Assembly (NCBI GenBank): GCA_030264375.1
Contig: JASCQW010000081.1
Span: 92,630,052-92,693,750 of the forward strand
Reading direction: 5' to 3'
Length of the DNA: 63,699 nt
Origin: Carcharhinus longimanus
Lineage: Eukaryota
Part shown: positions 39,230 to 53,200 of the stretch, piece by piece
Layout of the letters: each line of letters starts with the position of its first letter
Position numbering within the stretch: the stretch's first letter is position 1
Notes under the pieces: generated by a model
What the model saw: only the letters and a program-made list of their open reading frames with translations
What the model was told of the DNA's origin: nothing
The model's database searches: none
Translations under genes and position numbers: made by a program

Positions 39230-41190
39230 GAATTCAGTTATTTGTATGTGTTTGGCAGGAATATGCTCTGAAAACGCATTGCTATCCTTTGCTGTGGGGA
39301 CTGTGTTCTCGAAAATAATTACTGCTGAGATAGATAGAGTTTTGATTCATCAAGATATCAATGTTCACAAGGAAAGTGCAGGAACTTTATACATGAGAAA
39401 TTTTGAATCGGTCTTGATCCAAAGGTAAGGCAGAGCAGACTCGACGTGTTGAATGGCCGATTTCTCTTCCCATTTCTTATTGTATTCCGGAAATGAAAAG
39501 CCGTCACTGATGAGCAGTGGTGAACATCAGTGAGTCTAAACAGAGTGCTTAACGTCTTGACACATCGTATGTAAGTCATATTGCACTGTTCCCTCGTTCA
39601 AGAGCAGGTAAGTTGGACTATAACATTAAATGGCATGCCCTGTGTAAGATTGCATGAAACATTTGGAATAAAATTAACCCGTTAACTGCAGACTTTTTGA
39701 CAAATGAGTATGATTTAGTGGTCGTAATTGAGTCGTGATTGCAGCGAAACCAAGTTTGGAACTTGATGTTCTTGTGTACCCTATGTTTCGCAAGAATCAG
39801 TAGGAAGGACACAGGAGATGGTTTAGCTTTCCTTTTTCAGTGAGCGATCAGGGCTCAAGTGAAAAACGGTACAGACACAGAAATCTAAGACGTAGAATCA
39901 GTCTTGCTTGAAAAAAAAACAGATCAAGGGAAAGGTGTCCTTGGTGACAATAACCTGCAATTCCTCAGACAGCTGTCTCGCAGTGGCAAACAATATAATG
40001 TAATAAATATTTAACATTGTAAAAAACATACTGCGATGTTATTTCCAGAAAACATTTGATAGGACACTATACAATAGTTTAACACACACCATTAGTTCAC
40101 ATGGGATTACGGGTAATCCATTAATTTGGGTAGAGGATTGGCTAACCAGTCATCTATCAAGCGGAGTTAGCATAAGATTTTTTCAGCATAGGAAGGAGTA
40201 ACTAGAGGGATGAAAATGGCTTCGTCCCTTCGGCTCCAATTAGTTACAATCTATTTTAACGATTTAGACACATAAACAATATTTACTATTAACACAATAC
40301 TCAGATGACAATAAAGTAACTGGAATAATGATTTGCGAAAATAACAGAAGACATTTGAAGATTTGATATTAGCTTAAATGAATACGGCAGAATTTGCCAG
40401 TTGGGATCTAATTTTGAAGTTATCAACGTTGGTAGTAAAAATGTAAAAGTTAGTTATATAAATGGAGAAAATCATTGCAGTGTCCTTTAAAGAACAGTTT
40501 GCATCTTCCAGGGCAGCCATCGCAGAAACCAGTATGCAGGTACAGCAGGAAATTGGGAAAGCAATTCGAATATTGACATTTACTCTGAAGGGATAGAGTA
40601 TGGAAGTTGTGAATTGTTGCTGGTATTGTACAAAGCATTAGATAGACTTGATTACGATACTGTGTATAATTTTCGTCCCCTTACTTGAAGAGATATCAAT
40701 TGCATCGGAGGCGGTACACAGAAGTTCCACAGGTTAACAGAGTGATTCCAAACACGAGGGGTTGTAATTATGAAGCTAGAATGGACAATGTACTCGGTAG
40801 CGCTTATTAGAATAAAAAAAAATCAATTTAAGACTAACAGAATGATGGGAAGGATTGATAAATTCGACAGGGCGACACTTCCCCTTTCGGGCAACCTGGA
40901 AAAAGAGGTCATAGTTTTACTGCAAGGGTAGCAGACTTAAATAGAGATAAGCAGAAAATACGTCTGGTACAGCTTGCCAGTGTGTGGAATTCACCTACTC
41001 GAAGTGTGGTGGATGTCAGTACTTTAAGGAAGGGATGGACATATTTTTAATTCGCAGTGTTTGAAAGAGCTTTACAGGTAAGTGAAGCTGAGGCCGAGAT
41101 GAGCTCAGTCATGTGAGTATTAAATGGTGGAACAACCTGAGAGGTTGAGTGGCCTACTCCTGCTCTTTGTTCTTCGAATGCTTATGCATT
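39230..41190 (+). mobile_element. Decayed CR1-like fragments
   Basis: Degenerate RT motifs and two 3' tails (about 39480 and 41180). Confidence 0.65.
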
Positions 41191-41679
41191 TATTGTTCAA
41201 TGTGCGGAACAACGCCACATGCATACTTGCATGCCACAGCTTGACGTAGGTTCCATCATTTTAAAAGGCAAAACATCAGCCATAACTTCTCGATTCATCA
41301 TCGATCCAAGAGTTCTCGTGAGATTCCAGGATCAGAGATGAAAATTTTGAATTAAGTTTGCCATTAAAACACGGGACAATGTTTTCGCATACATCATGAA
41401 GTCTGACAGCATTTCGGAAATAGCACGGACAATTTTTTTCATATCAAGCCATCAAATAGCAAATGTAGCCAGGCCTGCCATGGCACACTAAAAAACAGAA
41501 AGTCCAATCCGTCAAATGAATGCCCCATCGGCACTCTTCATGATCATCAAAATGTTGAAATTTTCTGTCGACAATACTTTGATACGCTGCTTGCTCAGCA
41601 TTAACTTGTTTGCTTATGCTCTGTTTGCCTTCCGCCAGCATTCCTCAGCTCCTAACTTCAGCACACCCCTGCCACATAT

Positions 41680-42640
41680 GCACTCAATAGATGAGGTGGG
41701 GCGACCTCACAGCAACACTTGGCCGATTCTACGATGAAGGTCTCCTAACAGTATTGCAGTCACTTGGAACCAAAGGGAAATTTATCCACTATTTTGAATC
41801 ACACATAGTACAGCAGAGCATGGTTGTGATTGACGAAGTTCATCGTCTCATTTCCAAGGCAGCAATTTCTGAGATTAACAGAACCATTTTGTAGCTCCAA
41901 CTATCCTTAACAGCTACATCGATGATTTTTCCCCCATCATGAGGTCATTGCATGAGCGATATTCAGCACTATTCCCGTCTCCACGTATACTAAATTAATC
42001 ATGCCCAAATGCAGCCAAACCTGGAAAACATTCAAGAATTGGCCTGCCAAGTGACTGGCAACAATCTCGCAGCTCAACCTTCAGGTCATGACCATCACCA
42101 AGCATAGATCATGCAAGTATCCCCTATTGGCGAAATTCATAGTAACTTCATTGCAGTATTAATGCAATGTGACTAATAAGTCAACTTTTTTTACATATCC
42201 GATCGCGTGACAATCATTTGCTTGGCTGCCACCACATTTGCCACCACCAATATTCAATCACTCCATCGTATGCACAATGATACCAGTGTGTACAAATTAT
42301 ACCATGCACTGCAGCAATTTACCAAACCTTATTCCCAGCATCTTTCAACGCACGAAATCGGCCATGTAGAAGCAAGGCACAGAAAATATTTAGGACACGC
42401 CCACCTGACAGGCCCCTTCAATGACATATAACAATCTAAATTTGAAGTATATTGCTGCCCCATTACTGTCGCTGGCTATTATTCCATAACTTTGCTCCTA
42501 ACGGCAGTGAATGCACCGACAGTACACGGACAGACTTACGTCAAGAAATTGGCTCCTCACCACCACATTACCTGTCATCATAGATGAATAATAAATACTG
42601 GGCACTGCATTGACACTTCTCCAACACTTCCACATCCGAT
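41680..42640 (+). mobile_element. Decayed LINE, family of 48840-52004
   Basis: Similarity to 50850-52000 (caaatgcagccaaacctggaaaacattcaag; ccacatccgatgaa end). Confidence 0.6.
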
Positions 42641-44457
42641 GAAAACATTCTGTGACTAATATTAATAAGCAATTTTCATTTGATATCTTTGTGGTTGCGT
42701 ACATTTTTCATAGCATTGCATATTTTGAGATTGTACGCAAGGGGGGAGTCTGAAAATTCGCTTGAAGCAAAATTTACGTCCTCTTTTTACAATTGCCTAT
42801 CACTATTCCCAGTCGGATGTTACATCTATGCCATGTGTTGACGTGATCAGCTGTGTGGAATTCCTTAACAACATCCGAGAATGTTGCTTCTGCTTTTAAG
42901 CATATTTGCAATGTTTAGTTTTTGCTTCAAGAAAATTGGTGCTGCATTTTCAGCAGATTGCTCCCAGAGCCCAAAGATTTTCTAATTGGATGGATTGGCC
43001 ATTGTTTTGTGAAGTTGCAGGGTTAGAGTGCAGGAGAGGATCTGGGTAAGATACTCTGTCAAATACTCCACCCAGACCCTTCAGCACTTTTGATATTCCA
43101 TGATTGTCTTGGCACAATAATAGTTAGAAGTATCTGTGAGAAATAGATAGCTGATCGTGAAGTAGGAGGAATTAACAATGGTGTCCACTGTCATCTGTTG
43201 TAGCTTTTAGCTGCATGCTATTGTAACAAACACATATTCGGCACAAGAAGTGTTAATGTGAGGCTGGAGATTGTCACCATCACAGTATGAGATAGATAGT
43301 CATATGAGAGTAGTCCTTGACATAATATTCTCCAGAAAATCGTCACGAAGACGTCACACATAAATGGCCATACACGTGATATGCATATACCTATGAGTTT
43401 GAATGTTGAATAATTGAATGTTTAAGTAGATAATTCTCAAGAATTATCAGGTGGCGTTCAAATAAACCTTTACAATATCATTACTTTCCTTTTCAGATTC
43501 CTTTCTAGCTTGACCAGTATTGATGTCAGCTTACATCTCGCAATGCCATCTTCAAAGTGTGATGGATTTTTGGACGGCAGGCGTACGAGCTACTGTCTAG
43601 TATCATCAAAATAGCGTGGAACGAATTTTGCGTGACAGTTAGCAGCGCTAGCTTCATCTAATCTAGCAACATCAACATGGCGCAGAGCAAATGCTCGAGA
43701 GATTCTCGTGACTGATTGCCTAAAAATGTTTGCTACTTCCCAACGCATAAGTAAAAAGTGCAATGAATATTTTCTTGGGTAGATAGGCGCAGCTACACAA
43801 TGAGACAGAGGAACTTTAACATCAACCAGAGCGAAATAAAGGGTTATTTGCAATTTATGCTCCCAACCTTCACATCACACTGGATACCTTCGAGCAGCGC
43901 CATAACCATTCTCTCCTCCATATTAAGTACATCGTGATTGTGAAATACATCTTTTATAAAATGGTCTCCGGCAATTACCAATTTTTCTTTGAGGGCATCC
44001 ATGAAAGACATTACTTTGATTATTAAGGATAAACATTGCCGGCCCATAGGAACATTGCCATCTCCAATCTCCCTCGCAAGACATTGACCTGGCTTGACAA
44101 TATATCACATTCCCTTATTCTCGCTGAGTCACTCTTCTTAACAGATAATTGAGTGCTGACAGAGCATGGGCTGCAGCGTTTCAAGGTGGATGCTCAGCAT
44201 TAGTGTTTCAACGATAATGTTTCAACAACAAAGGGAATAAATGCTGAGCTTCCATGTGCTGCTCAAAGCCATGTATGGCTGAACACCTTGTTAGCAGCCT
44301 TACCTCTTCACCTTCCCATGCACTCAATGATACAGATGAGTTCTATACGTCTGACTGCACCTGCACATCACCACACGTATTCAGCTAATGCATGCTTTCA
44401 AGTGAAACATCAGTCACCTAATCTAACATTTGACTTGGATGTAATTGGGATACTCAC

Positions 44458-44484
44458 TTGTGGTTTCATGAAGTTTTTGCAGTT
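44458..44484 (-). CDS. 27-nt micro-exon, (E)LQKLHETT
   Basis: ttttaattttaaatcag|AACTGCAAAAACTTCATGAAACCACAA|gtgagt; 147-nt intron from the previous exon. Confidence 0.85.
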
Positions 44485-44631
44485 CTGATTTAAAATTAAA
44501 ACAGAGTTTAATTAGATTTCATGATCAATACTCTGAAAATCGAGATAAATAACAAACAAAGTTCTGCACAACATATATTTAAACAATCTCATGAACAACA
44601 TTTTCATAAATTGGAAAAAGCATAAACTTAC

Positions 44632-44658
44632 CTGCTTTGAGATGGATCAACCGTTCGT
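44632..44658 (-). CDS. 27-nt micro-exon, (D)ERLIHLKA
   Basis: ttaacttttgcag|ACGAACGGTTGATCCATCTCAAAGCAG|gtaagt. Confidence 0.88.
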
Positions 44659-44839
44659 CTGCAAAAGTTAACGTTTTATTGGAATGCAACTGTATAATTT
44701 AGAAAACTGTGCAGAACGACAGAAAACAATCACTCCACTTGGCTATTTATTTCAGCCAGCCATTACAAATTGCATTTCGTAGCTGTGCACGATATGAAAG
44801 CCAAAAAGAACATATATGATTTAAATACTTTGAATCTTC

Positions 44840-46570
44840 CAGTCTCCATTACTCCTTCACGGAACGAGTTCCTGAGCTTAAACAATTTTGGGGTAAAAGG
44901 GAATTGTCTGCCCGCCGAACAAGCTTACGTCTCTGATGATAAATCAATTCAGCTCATTGTGCACCCCACAACATACGAATGCATGAAAGTTCTTATGCTT
45001 CGTATCCGCATAAGTCACACCTCTGCGACTTTAATTAGGTCTCCCCTCAGTTTCTGTTGTCGCAAAACATATAATCTGAGTTCATCGCATGTTGCTTCAG
45101 AATTATAATTTTTCCGCCAAGCTAAAAACATCGCAATACCAGTTGTACTCCAATCAGTGCAATTAAACATTTATGATTGCAATTCTCCAGAATTGCATTT
45201 AGCTGTTCAACTATCGCCAGATCAATGTTTTATAGAGTTTCAACATTAGTTACTAGCTTTGATATTGAATCTAAAGCTCCTATGGTGAAGGCAGTTTGCC
45301 AACATATGTCCTGCTTTTTTTTGTGGCCATCAAGGATATTCATCCATGCGCCACTCTTCCTTTGTTCAATTAACCATCTCGATACCCTATCACTTATTGT
45401 GCATAACTTCCCCCTGTTAACCTTTTCTTCAACTGCATTGGCTCACATTTCTGTAGTATGAAGTGATTTACAATCGCTCCTCTCACTTGTCTCCCCAGTG
45501 ATTTCATCCCTCTGTCTACCGTGATACTACCTCAAATCCAACCATATCCTCGACTTCCGTAGCATTTGGACACGTCTTGATCATACGCTATCAGTTTATG
45601 CCCAGACTGTTGGTACATATACAGAAATTAAGCAGCATATTACAACACTTTGAGGAAACCCATTGGAAACAAACTCCAAAGAAGAAACACCTATATAAAG
45701 TTGGAGTTTTGGCTCTGTTCGAATTTTGCAGCCGAGTTTGGATACTCTCTTAGATCCCAAATCCTCATTTTTCTGGTTTCCATCAATTCCACAGAAACCA
45801 CTTTAATCTATATCATAACATGATAGGACCTAGGAGTCTTTGGGCGCATCTTTGAAAGCGTCTAGGTGCATTTGGGAGCACCTACTAGTTGTCTTCGGAA
45901 ATTAAAACTGTCAATATGTCACAGCTCATTTGTAGTCCGGGTTGCCTGTTCTTTATAACTGCACATTCAATTTCCTTTAGAAACCAATGCATTTTAAACC
46001 ATATTAGTGGACAGAGTGTTCCTTCGCTTGTTGCTTACTGTGTGAAGAGGTTCCTCGCCATACTCTGTTTACATCACTTGCTGAATTCTGAACGCCTGTA
46101 TGTCGCTGTCCTTGTACAATCAGCTAATTGGAACAGATTTTTTTCATGCACCTTTTCGGAACATGCCGCAAAGGTACATACTTCTGCCAAATGTGATTTT
46201 AATATTTTAATTCCCACAGGGAAAGCAACCTATATTTTCAATCCAATGTTGCAGCCAATCTTCCGGAAATATTCTGCAAGATTCTTCCAGCTAGGGCTTT
46301 CCCATCTAAAGTATAGTGAAGGAAACTGTACACTATCGTACAGGGGCTTTACCAGAGGTTTTTACTAGAGGCTTTAAATTATGCACCATAAGTTCTTTGC
46401 TTCTGCTTTGAGGAAATTCACAATGCTTTGCTAAACATTCTCTAAGTGATTCTTGCCAAATTAAAAAAAAACGGCTGCACCCGACGCGCCTCTGCTCCTT
46501 CACAGTCTTTGGAACTGTGCCATTAACGATTAATTGCCTCTCCGATCCCTTCTTCCACAATGTAACAGCA
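44840..46570 (-). mobile_element. Decayed CR1-like fragments
   Basis: Reverse-strand RT C-terminal remnants. Confidence 0.55.
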
Positions 46571-47804
46571 CATAGGCACATATTAAGTTCTCTCTTTCTC
46601 CTATTTCTCTAATTTCTCTCAAATTAATGCCATCTTGGCATACAGGTTGCCTGACTGTTTTTCGAGCACGTGCGTGCATAAATACATTCATCTCGGGCTA
46701 ATTTTTAACGGTTAACATCCGGACAATGCCACCATTTTTACAAATTACCAGCTGAGTGCTGTTGTAGAGAAAACTGGTAGCTGAAAAACAGAACCGTCTA
46801 TTTGCACGCTGAATGCTACTTACACTGGACTACAAATCGAGAGATGCAGGCTCATGGCCATCAAATCCTACCGTGGCAACTTTTTTACAAATAATTTTGG
46901 AACCTGCTTGCTAATCCGAGCAATGGTGGCGATTGAACTGTCACCGATTGCCATAAGCAACTCTAAGAGTGCACTTCAGGAAAGGAAATCTGACTTCTAA
47001 ATAGAATATGTAAGCAAAAAATAAGATTATCCAAGAGAAGTTGGTTTATCAAGTCAACAACTAAGAATCTGAATATGTNNNNNNNNNNNNNNNNNNNNNN
47101 NNNNNNNNNNNNNNNNNNNNNNNNNNNNNNNNNNNNNNNNNNNNNNNNNNNNNNNNNNNNNNNNNNNNNNNNNNNNNNGTGATACTGCAAGTTCCAAAGG
47201 CAGAAACAATCTCCTATCCAACTGATGTATCAGATTTATTCGTTTATTGTGTGAAAAAACGATTGGTTGCATGAGCCTTATACCGCTGTGGTGATCAATA
47301 AATGTTCACTCTATTTTATTGACAAAAGGAGATCGACAATGTGCTGAACCAGCAAAAAAGAACTGACACACAAAACACGGGTGTGTAATTGCGAATGGCT
47401 CCCAGGATAAAAATAAAGAATCACAGGAGTTCAACAGCGCTGAGCAATGTTGGGAGTCTAAACGCCTTGTTTAAGCAAAGTGCATTGTCGGTGGACATTC
47501 TGAAACATGAAGCAAGTTATAAATGTGGAAGATTTAGATTGAATGAAACAATGGGTCAGGTTTGTTGCTAAGAAAAATAAATGAAAAAAAATCACAAAAC
47601 ATGGATAGGCTTTCTTTCAGATTATATATTGAAAGAAAAGAGAAGGCTTGACAATTAACTATGGATTTCTATGTAGTGGAGGTTTTCAAATATAGTTAAG
47701 ATAGCGCCCATAACCAGGCCAATGCACTTCTTTGCAAAGGATAATTGTTGGCTCTTTAATTTTGGACTGACTTGCACAACATTACCTTGTTCTGCAGGAC
47801 TCAC

Positions 47805-47831
47805 CATCAGTTTTGTATTGCATGTCTTGGA
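47805..47831 (-). CDS. 27-nt micro-exon, (V)QDMQYKTD
   Basis: tttttgttttcatttag|TCCAAGACATGCAATACAAAACTGATG|gtgagt. Confidence 0.85.
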
Positions 47832-48389
47832 CTAAATGAAAACAAAAATGAAGAAGACCATAGTGAAAAAAAGACCCATGGCGTTATTATGGTCCCTATC
47901 ATGTAATTCAAGAAATAGAAAAAAGACAAGTAATGATTTATTACGTTGTTTCTGGAAAAATGTCAATGTCGCTATTCTTATTTAACCTTTATTAGCGTCG
48001 ATGAGCTTCTTTTCTGCGGAGAAACATGAACAATTATGCTGATGGAATACAATAAATTGTCTATGGTATATTTTCATTGTCATTATATTGTCATGTTTTC
48101 AATTGCATATATAAGACGATGAAAGCAAACTAACAGCGAAGTACTGCCGCAGCTGTAGTTCAGAACTTAAAACAAAACTAACACACGTCGCATGTTCAGC
48201 ATCATTAAAGAGAGGAACGACGTGAACGTTTTGAATCCAACATCACTTTCTTCGCTGCAAATTCATACTGGACCCAACATTTTAACACTTTTCCTCTCTC
48301 CACTGATGCGGTCAAACCTGCTGACATCTTTCCAGCGCTCTCTTACCTTACTACAAACATGAGCGCCTGTAATACTCTAAGAAACTCAT

Positions 48390-48790
48390 GACCTTAGAAA
48401 CACAGCATCAAGAGCAGGCCATTGGGCGTTTCGTGTCCACAACATCATTCAATAAGATCATGCTGATCTGATTGTAATTTTAAATGTACTTACCCTTCCG
48501 TTCGTATACTACTTGTCTCTGTATCAGACATCTGTCAACCATAGCTCGAATTAAACAGAATGACCGCGACCATATTGCCAGGAATAGAGTTCCGCAGGTT
48601 GACACCCTCGGCGTGAGAACAATATCTCAAAATCGGGATTTTGGATTCTTGTTTTAAACAATGTACCCGTGGGCTTTCCACGTTAGCAAATCGTAACTGT
48701 TTCCCTCTATGCGCCCTATGAATTCTCTTAACCGTTTTTTTCCCGGTAAAATTATCAGTCATTTTTCTGATTTTCAATGCGTAAAATGTC
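48390..48790 (-). mobile_element. CR1-like 3' end
   Basis: gagcaggccatt...ttcaataagatcatgctgatctg. Confidence 0.65.
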
Positions 48791-48839
48791 ATCATAATGC
48801 ACAAAATGTCAGAATTGCTGGTCTCTACCCACCTTGGAT

Positions 48840-51800
48840 GGGAGATAATGGCCTAGTGGTATTATCGGTCGACAATTAATCCAGAAGCCAGATAAAGTTC
48901 TGATGCCTGGGTTCGAATTCCGCCAGGGCAGATGGTGGATATGAAGTCAATTAAAAAAAAATCTGAAATTAAGATCTATTGATGACCACGAAACCATTGT
49001 CGATTTTGGGGAAAACCTAGCCGGTTCACTAATGTCATTTTGCGAAGGAAATTTGCCTTCCTTACCGGGCCTGGACCACATGGGATCCCAGAGCCATAAC
49101 AAAATGGTTGACTCTCAGTTGTCTTCTGAAATGGCCTAGCAACCACTCAGACGTATCCATCGCTGCAAAGTCTCAAGAAAGATATGAAACTAGACGGACC
49201 AGCTGGCTTTGACCTCGGCACCGGGAAAGACAACAGCAAAAGAAGGAGCCCTGTCAACTCTGCAACATCCTCCTTACCAACATCTGGTGGTTAATGGATG
49301 GCTAAGACTGGGAGAGCTGTCGCATAGATTCATCAAACAACAGCCTGACATACTGTTTCTTACGGAGCCGTACATCCAAAACCCTAAATATCACCATTAC
49401 CATCCTTGGATATGTCCTGTCTCAGCGGCAGGACAAGACCCGCTGGAGGTGGTGGCACAATGGTATACAGTCAGGAGGGAGTTTCCCTGGGAGGCCTTAA
49501 CATCGACTCCGGACTCCATGAAGTTTCATGGCTTCAGGTTAATTATGGAAACCTCTTCCTGGTTACCACGTATCCTCTTCTTTCGGCTGATGTATTGGTA
49601 ATACTCCATGTTGAACAAAACTTGGAGGAAACACTGAGAGTGACAATGGCGCAAAATCTACTGTGGGTGGGGGATTTCTATTTCCATCACCACGCCTGGC
49701 TCGGCCTGAACTGGTCTGGTCCTGATTGACTGGGTCTGCAGTAGGTGGTGAAGGAACCAACAAGAGGAAAAGCATACTTGACGTCATTCTTACAAATCTG
49801 CTTCTGCAGATCCATCTGTCCATGTCATTAGCGGTACGAGTGAAAAAAAAACAAATTTTTTGGAGATGAAGTCCCGCCTTGATATTGAGAAGAACCATCC
49901 TCGTGGCAGTATCACCGTGCCAAATGGGGCAGAGTTCGAACTGTTCTTGGAAGTCAAGACTGTGCATCCATGGGGCTTTGCGGGTCATCAAAATAATCAG
50001 GAATGTACTGACACAATCCAAAACCTCATGGCACTTCAAATTTCCCACTCAACAATTACCATCAAGCCAGTGGATCAAACCTGGTTCAATGGAAAATGCA
50101 GGAGGGCATGCCAGGAGCAGCACTGGGGTATACCTAAAACTGAGATATCTCTCTGATGAAGCTACTGAACAGGGCTGCTTGCATGCCAAAAGCAAAAAAA
50201 AGTGACTCAAAATCAGCTGATCAGACCTAAGCTATGCCGTTGTAGCACATCAATCGTGACTGTTGATGGAGAACTAAGCATCAGGGTGGAGGAGGAATAC
50301 TCCAGAAATATCCCTATCCTCGGTGATGGAGGATTCCAGTGCAAAAGATAAGACTAAGGTATTTGTATTCATCTTCACCCAGAAGCGCCGATCTATTTCA
50401 GCCTCCACTAGTGGGCCCCCGCTTCCCAGTCTCCAGCAAATTAGAGTCATTCCACGTAATATCTAAAACGGTTGGAGGCACTGGATACTGCAAAGGCAAT
50501 AGGCCCTGATGACATTCCGTCAATAGTACTGTCATTGCTCCAGAATTTGCCGTTCCCCTACCTAAGCTCTTGTAGTACATTTAGAACGTTGGCATCTACC
50601 CAACAATGTGGAACATCGCCCCGATATGTCCTTTACACAAACAAGCAGGGCAAATCCAACCAGTAAACGTCCAAACAGTCTACACCGGATCATCAGTAAA
50701 ATGGTAGAAAGGGAATCAACAGCCCTGTTCAGCTGTAAGCTGCTCGCTGACGCCCCATTTGGTTTTCGTCAGGGTCTCTTAGCTGCTGGTCTCTATACAA
50801 CCTTGGTTCAATCATGGACAAAGAACTGAACCCAGTCATTAGGTGAGAGTGATAGCCCTCAATATCAAGGTCACATTCTACCGAATGCGTTATCATGGAG
50901 CACTAGCAAAACTATAGTCAGTGAATATCAGGGGACAAGCACTCGGACGGTTGAAGCCATACGTGACATATAGGAATATGATTGAAGTTGTGGAGCGCCA
51001 GTCCTGTCAGCTCCAGAACATCTCTGCAGAAGTCCTTTGGGGTAATCTTCTAGGCCCAAAGACCTTCAGCTGCTTCATCAATGACGTCCCCTCCGTCACA
51101 AGGTGAGAATTGGGGATTTTTCCCGATGATTGCACAATGTTCAGCACTGTTCAGAACTCCTCAGATAAAGAAGCAGGGAACGTTGAAATGCAACACGATG
51201 TGGACAATGTCTAGGCTTGGGCTGACAACTGGCAAATAACATTTGGGCCGCACAAATGCCATGCAATGACCATCACCAGTAAGTGACATTCAACAACCCC
51301 CCACCCCTCCTTGACATTTGATGATATTGCCTTCACTGAGTGCCACACACTGCCAACATCTTTGGGTTTACCATTAACCGGAAACTCAATTGGGCTCACC
51401 ACATAAACACAATGGCTATAAAAGCAAGTCAGAGGTTAGGAATACTGCGACGACTAATCAGTTCCTGACTCCACAAAGCCTATCCGCCATCTTCAGTGCA
51501 CAAGCCAGGAGCGCGATGGAGTTCTCTCCACTTTCTTGGATGGGTCCAGCTCCAAAAATACTTAGGAAGTTTGACACCATCCAGGAAAAAGCAACTCCCT
51601 TGATAGGCACCATATCAACGAACATCCTCTCCCATCCCCTACTGACGCTCTGTAGCATCAGTGTGTGCTATCAACAAGATTAGCAATTCACCAAAGATCC
51701 TTAGCTCCTTCTAAACCAGAAAACTTCCGTCTCGAACGACGAAGACAACAAATACCCTTGCGTCTGGGAACACCTCCAATTGTAAGCTACTCTCGAATCC

Positions 51801-52004
51801 ACTCACAATGCGGATTTGGAAATGTATCACTGTTCCTTTGCAGTCGCTCCGTCAAAATCCTGGAATTCCCTCCCGAACGGCATCGTGGGTCAAACATAGG
51901 CTGCAGCAATGCAAGAAAACAGCTTATCACCACCTTTTCAAGGGAAACTAGGGTGGGCAATAAAAGCTTGTCATCCAGCAGCGCCCGTGTCCCAGGAATG
52001 AATA
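48840..52004 (+). mobile_element. Near full-length decayed non-LTR retrotransposon (APE endonuclease + RT, CR1/L2-group-like) with a tRNA-like head
   Basis: QQPDILFLTE, GGGGT, WVGDF, GPDDIP, FGFRQG and LLGPKTFSCFINDVP motifs across frameshifts; A-box tggcctagtgg 48849-48859 and B-box ggttcgaattcc 48910-48921. Confidence 0.88.
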
Positions 52005-52689
52005 GCAGTAGTAAATGAGTTGATTCTTTACGGTATTCCTGCTGACAGCAAATCATTGGTATGCTTGCGTGGTGGCATGGAACATGACATAGAGATTCTC
52101 TTCTGTAATGGCGAATAGCATCCGCTTTTCTTGGATGTCAAATGGTTGAGGTTGAAGAGTTTTTTTGGTCCATCTCACAGAGAATGTCCCCTTCACTGGG
52201 AGGTTTGAACTGAAAAACTGCAGGATAGGGGTGATGAAGTTAGACAAAACAAGTCACGGCCATAACACATCACTTCTTAACCCAAGTCTTGGCCTGGAAT
52301 GTTTGTGTCTTATTTATGTCGGTGAAGTTTGTCAGCATTGTCTTTTCATTGAGATTTCACAGGATATTGATGCATATCTTTGTTCAATCTGCATTTGTCA
52401 GTGCCTTCCATAATCCTTTCAAATGAACTGAATCAAAAGCTTGGTCAGATAGTTGGAGGCCATATAAGGTGTTTGATGTCGATCCTGACATTTCTCTCGA
52501 TGTTGTCAAGCAGTGAAAATCATATTTGTTGTTCATTGTTTACTGGGAAGCGTTCTGGAATGCTTTCAGAGAATTGATAAAAAAAAAGTGGCAAAGGCAT
52601 GGACTTTGCCTAATGATAGAGAAGAGAGAAGTTCCATGGTAGAACCTACAGTTCAATTAAACTTATTTAATGTCATACAGCTATCGATA

Positions 52690-53200
52690 TCAACGACATA
52701 GTAAAGGACATTCGATCCACCACAACTAGGCATGACAAACACAAAGTGCCCAACAATTCTGATCTACTCTTACAGCAGTTGGTGGACAGCACAGTATTCG
52801 TTGGTAGAACAAGTGCAGATTAAAATAGCTTGTAAATGTAACGACGTCCCTACCTCAGCCATCCTTCCAGAAAGTGAGTTCCGAATTCTCATTACGGTCC
52901 CTGTGAAAAATGCTTCACCTCTCATCCCTTCTAAACCTCCTACGCCTTGCGTGGATCCATGGCCCTTTATCATTGATGCCTCCATTCTTGTCTATTCTAT
53001 GTATGCCCATCATGTTTTTATACATTTCTTTCATGTTCTTTCACTTCTCCGCTGTTCCATGAAAATAATAACAGTTTATATATTTTTTTTTCACAGCTAA
53101 ATCTCCCTAGATCGGGCAACGTCTGGGTAAATCTCCTCTGCACCCTTTCCACTGCAATTTCGAACCTCCTACAATGTGTATTCCAGAACTGCAAACCTGT
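52690..53200 (-). mobile_element. CR1-like 3' fragment
   Basis: ERVQRRFTQTLP; MRGEAFFT..RNSL. Confidence 0.75.
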
